Origin: a virus
Lineage: Duplodnaviria; Caudoviricetes
DNA: 39,985 bases
Strand: one strand, 5' to 3'
IMG/VR virus record: IMGVR_UViG_3300048592_000611
Location: 1 to 39,985 of that record
The translations under genes and the position numbers were made by a program. The notes under the pieces are model-generated. The model searched no databases. It was not told the DNA's origin and saw only the letters and a list, made by a program, of their open reading frames with translations. Positions 34,058-39,985 of the stretch are shown one piece after another (position 1 is the first letter of the stretch; every line of letters begins with the position of its first letter).

Positions 34058-35154
34058 ACCCGCCTCCGTTCAAAGATATTCTGCTCCGCAGGATCCCCGG
34101 TTTTATCCAGCAGATCAAATCTTGCAATTTCAGTGGCATTATCATCAGCATAAAAAATCATCTGATTATCATCAATTTTCCAACGGCCGCCTTCAATTCC
34201 AGCAATAAAAGCGGCATGCCCTGCAATGTTATCAATTTTTGTTTCAATGGCGGCCAGTTCCGCCCCTGTTGCCAGATCCGCCAGATCAGACACTCCAGCA
34301 GGATCAGCCGGAAGCAGATCTGTTTTGTCTTTTATTTCATCCACAATGCCATAAACAACTGCAATCCCTGAATTGTCAGGAGCAGTGTAATTTGCGGATG
34401 CGAGTCTTGTGGACGTGGCAACATCTGTTTTTGCCAAAATTGAATCTGCAATCCCGTCAATAATATCTATTTTGCTGATTGCTGATTGCATTGAAGTTTC
34501 AATCGCCAGGCCGGACAAATCCGAAACGTCAGCAGGATCAGCCGGTATCAAATCTGTTTTCAATTTGATCGCGTCAACAACCGTGTCAATCGTTGCTATT
34601 CCTGCGTTATCCGGGGCTATGTAATTTGCAGAGGCGAGTCTTGTGGATGTTGCCACATCTGTCCGTGCCAAAATTGAGTCCACAACTCCGTCAACGGTAT
34701 CAATTTTGCCTGAAATTGCTGTTATTCCTGCATTATCAGGAGCAGTATAATCAGCATTTGCAAGCCTGGAACTCACAGCCGCATCCAGATACGCATCCGT
34801 ATCTGCTTTGATTGCATCCACATTGTCATCAATGGTTTGCATTGCTGTTGCGCTTGCCATATCAGGGATCGCCCCTGAACCTATGTTCCACACTGAAATG
34901 GAACTGCCATAAGTCGATACACAATGGCATTTCAGAATCCCTGCATTTGCCGGGGTGTAATTATAATAATACCATCCTGGCATGGCAGTGGACTCTATCA
35001 TTGCCGCTCCGTCCACAAGCAAAGAACCTGACAAATCCGCAATTATATCAATCGTTGGGGAAAGCCCTGTCACAAGATTGTTGCCTGTGTCATACCACAC
35101 GGCTGCAACCTGAATTGGAACCCCTGCATGTCCGCTGCCATCCCATGATGCCAT
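34054..35154 (-). CDS. Repeat-containing fibre-like virion protein
   Basis: 78-aa repeat (TDVATSTRLASANY.APDN) with 234-nt period; C-terminal GRWKI..NQMIFY..D. Confidence 0.7.
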   Translation of the reverse strand: MASWDGSGHAGVPIQVAAVWYDTGNNLVTGLSPTIDIIADLSGSLLVDGAAMIESTAMPGWYYYNYTPANAGILKCHCVSTYGSSISVWNIGSGAIPDMASATAMQTIDDNVDAIKADTDAYLDAAVSSRLANADYTAPDNAGITAISGKIDTVDGVVDSILARTDVATSTRLASANYIAPDNAGIATIDTVVDAIKLKTDLIPADPADVSDLSGLAIETSMQSAISKIDIIDGIADSILAKTDVATSTRLASANYTAPDNSGIAVVYGIVDEIKDKTDLLPADPAGVSDLADLATGAELAAIETKIDNIAGHAAFIAGIEGGRWKIDDNQMIFYADDNATEIARFDLLDKTGDPAEQNIFERRRV

Positions 35155-35158
35155 ATTT

Positions 35159-35440
35159 TTACTCCGTCATCAGTCTTGCATTAACCCCGTGTGCTGCATA
35201 CCATGTGCTAACAAAATTATCCATGCTGCCGATAAAATTTGACAGAATATCCGCTGGCAGACCATCAAAATTGGAAGTGGAAAGTACACCGGATGCGATC
35301 AAATCAGCAGGTGTAATTCCGAATGACTGCCATTTTTCAATGCACTGCCGCATATCAGCGGCCAAGTCCACTGTTTTCTTTGCCAAAACTGCCATCTCTG
35401 AAATGCAGTTTTTCTTTTGACTTTCCGGGAAAGTTGCCAT
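35159..35440 (-). CDS. Hypothetical protein (possible fibre chaperone)
   Basis: GGAG RBS; follows fibre-like gene. Confidence 0.55.
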   Translation of the reverse strand: MATFPESQKKNCISEMAVLAKKTVDLAADMRQCIEKWQSFGITPADLIASGVLSTSNFDGLPADILSNFIGSMDNFVSTWYAAHGVNARLMTE

Positions 35441-35453
35441 TATTTATTCTCCA

Positions 35454-37463
35454 TTATTTTGTTGTAACGTCTCTGCTGCCCATTGTATCAATGGGGAAGT
35501 GAACACCATAAGTCGTAATTATCACATCGCCTGCGTCTCCGCCTGTTCGTGCGATTGCCATTGCAAGCTGCGCTCCGATTTCTGTAGGGCCAGTGAAGCC
35601 TGTTGTGTCATTCATAGTGAACTTGTAAGGATTATTTGTCAATTCAGTTGATGTGACTGTCAACGGAACACTGCCTGAAGTCACACCTGCATCCTGTCTT
35701 AATTCCCAGTAAAGCGTAAAAGTTGCGCCTGTTGTGCCTGCTGATTCTCCTGATTTCAGAAAACAGTGATAATGCGGATATAAGGTATTTGTCCCTGAAA
35801 TCTTTGCAGAATGCGGAAGTTCTTTCACACAGCCGCATTTTTGGTTGTTTGCAGATGTAAATTCACGGTGGATCACATTGTTAATTTCAACGAAATCAGG
35901 CAATGAAACTGCCGGTCCGCCAGAGGCATCAGGATCAAAGTTCAAGTCTTCATAAACAACAGCGGTTCCGTCAAGCCTGAGCGTGCCATCCGCCTCAATA
36001 ACAACGGCATTGGTATCAGCATTGCCGCCTATTTTTATTTCAAGTCCTGTACCGTTTGCAGTCGCTTTCAGATATGCACGAGCAGCCGCAAAATCAGATA
36101 CAGAATGAACAATTTCTCCTGTCCTGCTTGCATCGGTAGCCGTTGGCATTGTGCGTTTTATGCTTGCAATAGTCCGGGATTGCGTTGATGAATTGCCTTT
36201 GTAAAAGATTTCATCACCGGTCTGAAATACTTCCAGATCACCGGATGAATTTACAAAATCCTCGCAATAAACACTCCCGCTGTATGCTTTTCGTATCTGT
36301 GCTGTTGTTTTCGTGATTGTAACTGCATTATTCACAGCAACAGCCCCGGAAAAGGTTTTATCACCTGCAAAAGTCTGTGTGGATATGCCCACAACTCCCG
36401 GCTCTGTTGCGCTCGCAGGTTCAAGATTTCTTGCTGATAATTCGGAAAACCAAATATCAGAAAATCTTATCCTGTTAGCTCCTGCTGAAATAGTTGAATT
36501 TATACTATAAAAAATTCGTACATACGCTGTTCCATAATTAAATTTATTATCGGTATAAACAGAGTCTTCGATGTCGCCAATCGTGCCTTCAAATTTTGTC
36601 CAGCTTGTCCCTATTGCAATACCGCTTGCAACATGGTATTTGTACGAACCTTTTCCGCTTCCATTCCGGACAGCCACTCCGGCTGCAATCGTTGGCCCAG
36701 GCCATGCTGCTGTCAATGTAATTACATTCCCGGAAATGCCACCTACTGCCCATAGGCCATTTGTCCTGTATCCCTGTGCTGTGTTCGAGAATGTAGTGTT
36801 CCGTGAATATGTATAGTCAGGATAAATAAATCCTTTTGAATTCGTATAGCTGTACCAGATCATCTGACGATTATTAACAATTGCGTTGGTTCCCGCCCAG
36901 CCTGTTGCATTTGTCAGTGTAATTGTGGTATCCCCGGCTTTTAATTCAACGGCAAGCGTCGTATCTGTTGAGCCGACAAATTTTCTGATGTGTTCTATCC
37001 CAATTTCAAGAAAATCAATATCATAGGGCTTCACGCCTAAATAAAATCTGGCTGCTGAATTGTATTCAGTTCCATCAATATTCCCTGATTTTGCCCAAAC
37101 TACCTGTCTGTAATATTTGCCTGTATCGACTGGGAGATATTCCTCCGATGTTTTTTGGCCTACATCTGTTGACGCAAAACTTCCCCCGCCGCCGTGTGTT
37201 TCTACTGAATCAAATGTTAATGTGCTGAAATTTGTGTTATTCCCCAGCAGCCCTGATCCGTTTGTAACAAGATTTTGCAGCCTGGATTGGATATACAAAT
37301 CATCTTTTAATCGTACACCGGCAGGCCACACGCCTGCAGACTTTGGCCCGAACATAAAGCCATTAGCATAATCATAAGCAAATTGCCCGTTCACACCGAC
37401 TGAATTTGACGGAGTGCCATTGGAAGTTATTACAGGGATTATTATATTTGTTCTTGGTGTCAT
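35454..37463 (-). CDS. Putative fibre/receptor-binding protein
   Basis: 669 aa Gly/Thr-rich; G.P...GV.G...D...G...GPK N-terminus; carbohydrate-binding-like region; QTFAGDKTF repeat. Confidence 0.65.
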   Translation of the reverse strand: MTPRTNIIIPVITSNGTPSNSVGVNGQFAYDYANGFMFGPKSAGVWPAGVRLKDDLYIQSRLQNLVTNGSGLLGNNTNFSTLTFDSVETHGGGGSFASTDVGQKTSEEYLPVDTGKYYRQVVWAKSGNIDGTEYNSAARFYLGVKPYDIDFLEIGIEHIRKFVGSTDTTLAVELKAGDTTITLTNATGWAGTNAIVNNRQMIWYSYTNSKGFIYPDYTYSRNTTFSNTAQGYRTNGLWAVGGISGNVITLTAAWPGPTIAAGVAVRNGSGKGSYKYHVASGIAIGTSWTKFEGTIGDIEDSVYTDNKFNYGTAYVRIFYSINSTISAGANRIRFSDIWFSELSARNLEPASATEPGVVGISTQTFAGDKTFSGAVAVNNAVTITKTTAQIRKAYSGSVYCEDFVNSSGDLEVFQTGDEIFYKGNSSTQSRTIASIKRTMPTATDASRTGEIVHSVSDFAAARAYLKATANGTGLEIKIGGNADTNAVVIEADGTLRLDGTAVVYEDLNFDPDASGGPAVSLPDFVEINNVIHREFTSANNQKCGCVKELPHSAKISGTNTLYPHYHCFLKSGESAGTTGATFTLYWELRQDAGVTSGSVPLTVTSTELTNNPYKFTMNDTTGFTGPTEIGAQLAMAIARTGGDAGDVIITTYGVHFPIDTMGSRDVTTK

Positions 37464-37636
37464 ATTTTGCCTTTGGAATCAATGAACTGCTTGCCGGTTA
37501 TGATGAAATTGACAAATGGAATAACAAACATGAAAACGCTCCCGCCCGTGCCTGATTTCAGGTCAAGAATGAATGCAAGAACGATAATAACCAGTGCAAT
37601 GAATTTTGAAAATGTGATATTAAGATAAAATTTCAT
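37460..37636 (-). CDS. Two-TM small protein (holin candidate)
   Basis: Manual translation MKFYLNITFSKFIALVIIVLAFILDLKSGTGGSVFMFVIPFVNFIITGKQFIDSKGKI*; coupled on both sides. Confidence 0.55.
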   Translation of the reverse strand: MKFYLNITFSKFIALVIIVLAFILDLKSGTGGSVFMFVIPFVNFIITGKQFIDSKGKI

Positions 37637-38049
37637 CTGTTGACCGCCTCAATTCTGATAATTCTTTCTGACATTTCCTGCAAAAGTTTTGCTGTTGACA
37701 TTCTTTCAGAGCTTGCCTCTGATAAGCGCTTATTCAAATCTTCCATTAAGCGGCATATCAACTCCTGATTTGATGTAATATGCCGTGTCATGTTTGCACG
37801 GTTTTCGCTGCATTCTGTCCGGGTTATGAAGATTGTCTGCCCGTCATGCCCCATTATTTTTTTATGCAACTCATCAAACCTTTCGTGCAGACGGTTGAGC
37901 GAAACATTGAAATCAGTCTCGGTTTTTGTGATCAAAGTAAGCATATTTTTCATTTTTTCAGGCACAGCCCCGGCATCATAAATGATTTTGCCAAGTGTAA
38001 TAAACAAAGCAACAGCCCCGATAAGCATTGAAATCATTTCTTTCGCCAT
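37633..38049 (-). CDS. Membrane-anchored coiled-coil protein (lysis-associated candidate)
   Basis: N-terminal TM then coiled coil. Confidence 0.6.
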   Translation of the reverse strand: MAKEMISMLIGAVALFITLGKIIYDAGAVPEKMKNMLTLITKTETDFNVSLNRLHERFDELHKKIMGHDGQTIFITRTECSENRANMTRHITSNQELICRLMEDLNKRLSEASSERMSTAKLLQEMSERIIRIEAVNR

Positions 38050-38432
38050 ATAACACCTTTCAGATGTTCTTTCATAAGGTTGTCACGCTCTAAACACCAC
38101 GTTTGAAACCAGTCCGGGCAGTCACACAATGGGATCAGATATGGGTCTGTCATGCCTGCATTGTCCCTGCGCTCTCCCAGTTTCCAGCCGTGAGCGATAC
38201 GATTCTGAATTGCCTGATTATGCCGCTCATCAGCAGAGAAATCAGGCATATCATTTTTCAGCAGATAATGTACCCATTGCAGATATTCAATTCTGATTTC
38301 CGGCATCATGAAATTCCAGCACGGCCAGAAAAACCCTTTCAGTGCAGGTTCTTTCCTCTTGAATTCAATGTTGAAAATCCGTGTTTTTTCCCATATTTCA
38401 CGGGTTGTTTTCAGTAATTGTATCATCTGCAT
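38034..38432 (-). CDS. RyR-repeat domain protein
   Basis: H......R...GW..GE.RD......P.L.P motif; start uncertain. Confidence 0.6.
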   Translation of the reverse strand: MQMIQLLKTTREIWEKTRIFNIEFKRKEPALKGFFWPCWNFMMPEIRIEYLQWVHYLLKNDMPDFSADERHNQAIQNRIAHGWKLGERRDNAGMTDPYLIPLCDCPDWFQTWCLERDNLMKEHLKGVIWRKK

Positions 38433-38787
38433 TTTCCTCTGCAACAGGGTCAATGAAAATGGAACCTTCGCAAATTGAAACAAGCGATCCGGAGGCGGTC
38501 AATACGAATTCCAATGTTTCAATACTGATAACCTCTCCGATAACCCGGTATTTATATGCGTCACTCATATCAGCACCGATCTGCCGTGTCCGGTCAAGCC
38601 ACTCAAACCATGACAGGAAAACAATGCCGTCTTTTTTTGCAGGGGAGTAACCTGTGAATTCCATTGCAATCGGATTGCCGCTGTTCTGATACACAAAGGA
38701 TTTCCCATTGATCAACTCCCAAGTGTCTGCCGCATAACACACGCCTGAAAGGAACACAAGAAGAATCATAAATATTATTTTTTTCAT
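38398..38787 (-). CDS. Signal-peptide-bearing protein
   Basis: MKKIIFMILLVFLSGVCYA signal peptide; AAGGA RBS. Confidence 0.65.
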   Translation of the reverse strand: MKKIIFMILLVFLSGVCYAADTWELINGKSFVYQNSGNPIAMEFTGYSPAKKDGIVFLSWFEWLDRTRQIGADMSDAYKYRVIGEVISIETLEFVLTASGSLVSICEGSIFIDPVAEENADDTITENNP

Positions 38788-38812
38788 GGTTTATTCCTTT
38801 TTTATAAGATGG

Positions 38813-38965
38813 TTAAGCAAACACATTTACCCATAGCCAACCTAAATTCAGATGATAATTATATCCGTCATAATAAATACACCCTATGCTAATATAAAAA
38901 TCATTTCTGAATCCGAACTGCCATTCTCCATTGATGAGATGTTTTACAGTCTGTTTGATGTTCAT
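38813..38965 (-). CDS. 50-aa aromatic-rich protein in a decayed cassette
   Basis: MNIKQTVKHLINGEWQFGFRNDFYISIGCIYYDGYNYHLNLGWLWVNVFA*; flanked by GTTAGGCAAA and TTTGCTTAAC. Confidence 0.55.
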   Translation of the reverse strand: MNIKQTVKHLINGEWQFGFRNDFYISIGCIYYDGYNYHLNLGWLWVNVFA

Positions 38966-38967
38966 AG

Positions 38968-39007
38968 TTTGCCTAACATAGAGTTAAGCTGTGATTTGTT
39001 AATTGCC
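38968..39007 (-). mobile_element. Internally deleted attC-like site
   Basis: GGCAATTAAC-AAATCAC-AGCTTAA-CTCTAT-GTTAGGC; shares TTAACTCTATGTTA with attC-like site 1. Confidence 0.6.
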
Positions 39008-39313
39008 TCTGTCAACTTCCACGGCACTTTTCGGAGCGTGAAACCGCAATCCCTGATATACAAAAATGATATTGCCGAAAACAGGGTATTTGACAATATT
39101 CACTTTCAATCCCTCTTTCATGAATACACATTTATTTGCAGTTAAGAACGCTTCAAGATTCTGTGTATCGTTATCAACGATAAATGATATGGCATCAGAC
39201 AGATACTCTTCTGATATGCAGGCCAGTCCGCCCTGATTCGTTGTTCCTGTCAATGCAAAGGCATTACCAGTAAGAACGAACGCAATAAGTAATGTGAAGA
39301 TAATCTTTTTCAT
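38999..39313 (-). CDS. Signal-peptide-bearing protein
   Basis: MKKIIFTLLIAFVLTGNAFA signal peptide; stop lies in R''-like TAAC. Confidence 0.65.
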   Translation of the reverse strand: MKKIIFTLLIAFVLTGNAFALTGTTNQGGLACISEEYLSDAISFIVDNDTQNLEAFLTANKCVFMKEGLKVNIVKYPVFGNIIFVYQGLRFHAPKSAVEVDRGN

Positions 39314-39314
39314 T

Positions 39315-39941
39315 TCATTCCCCTCCATTCAAATCATCAAAAAGTTCCGGCAATCTTCCTTTCAAATCAGCAAGCAATGGCATCATGATTTCCCTGATTT
39401 GCGGATGTGCCGCCTTTGAAGTTCGCAATTTAAGAACGTGCCGCCATTCACGCACATTTGCCGTCATTACAATTTCAGTTTTCAGACTGGTCGGCAATAC
39501 AGACCTTGCTTTTTCCGCTGTTACACCGCTTTTAATCAATTCTAAATAAGTTTTTTCTGCATACAGACAGGCATTATGCCAAAGAAAGAATTCATCTGAA
39601 TCTTCAGACCAGAAGCATGGTTTTATCACGGTTATTTCATTGCTGAATTTGTCTTTGGAATAATTGCAGTAGCGGGTGGATTCCTGACTGTAGGATGCAA
39701 GGCGGTGTCTGACAAGTTCATGCGAAACACCCCGATCACAGATGAATTTGACCGTGATATTTGCATGTTCAATAACAGAATGATGGGAAGTGCTAATCAG
39801 GTTCCGGCAAAATATACCAGCAGATTCTGCTGTAATTCTGTCCTCTGATTTGTAACACGTCCGGCCAGCACGTTCAATGATTTCCAAAAGGTTTTCAGGA
39901 CAGGACAGGATTTCATACGAAGAATTTATTACTTTCATCAT
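39315..39941 (-). CDS. thyX: FAD-dependent thymidylate synthase
   Basis: H.SVIEH, HELVRHRLASYSQESTRY signature, ARSVLP, LR....AHPQIR. Confidence 0.96.
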   Translation of the reverse strand: MMKVINSSYEILSCPENLLEIIERAGRTCYKSEDRITAESAGIFCRNLISTSHHSVIEHANITVKFICDRGVSHELVRHRLASYSQESTRYCNYSKDKFSNEITVIKPCFWSEDSDEFFLWHNACLYAEKTYLELIKSGVTAEKARSVLPTSLKTEIVMTANVREWRHVLKLRTSKAAHPQIREIMMPLLADLKGRLPELFDDLNGGE

Positions 39942-39985
39942 TCAATTCCTTTCATCAATTCAAAATATACCATTGCCTTTTCAAT
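39836..39985. repeat. Right copy of 150-bp terminal direct repeat
   Basis: Matches 1-150 with one mismatch. Confidence 0.95.

Noticed and set aside
19628-37463. Diversity-generating retroelement acting on tail/fibre genes
   Set aside because: No reverse transcriptase and no adenine-variant TR/VR pair seen.

Overview
This window looks like a complete ~39.8 kb tailed (siphovirus-like) phage genome assembled as a circle: bases 1-150 repeat at 39836-39985 with one mismatch. Essentially all credible genes lie on the minus strand. Recognisable modules are TerS/TerL/portal, a MuF-like minor head protein, a fused protease-major capsid protein, head-tail and tail genes, tape measure, a lambda O-like replication initiator with iterons, SSB, a putative SSAP recombinase, VRR-NUC, ThyX, an M15 endolysin, an R-S-E ADP-ribosyltransferase and a ParB-N/radical SAM pair. 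I found no integrase, ParA or divergent repressor switch. Two non-genic signals stand out. (1) An integron-type array of three attC-like sites (1321-2086) brackets two gene cassettes with matching R'/R'' ends, one encoding an Acb2/Tad1-hairpin (putative anti-defence) protein. A decayed cassette lies at 38812-39007. The phage therefore appears to carry integron cassettes without an IntI. (2) Three perfect chromosomal-type parS palindromes (TGTTCCACGTGGAACA) sit in intergenic DNA. Several candidate structured RNAs and shared promoter-leader motifs are also reported. All product calls are from motif recognition by eye; no searches were run.
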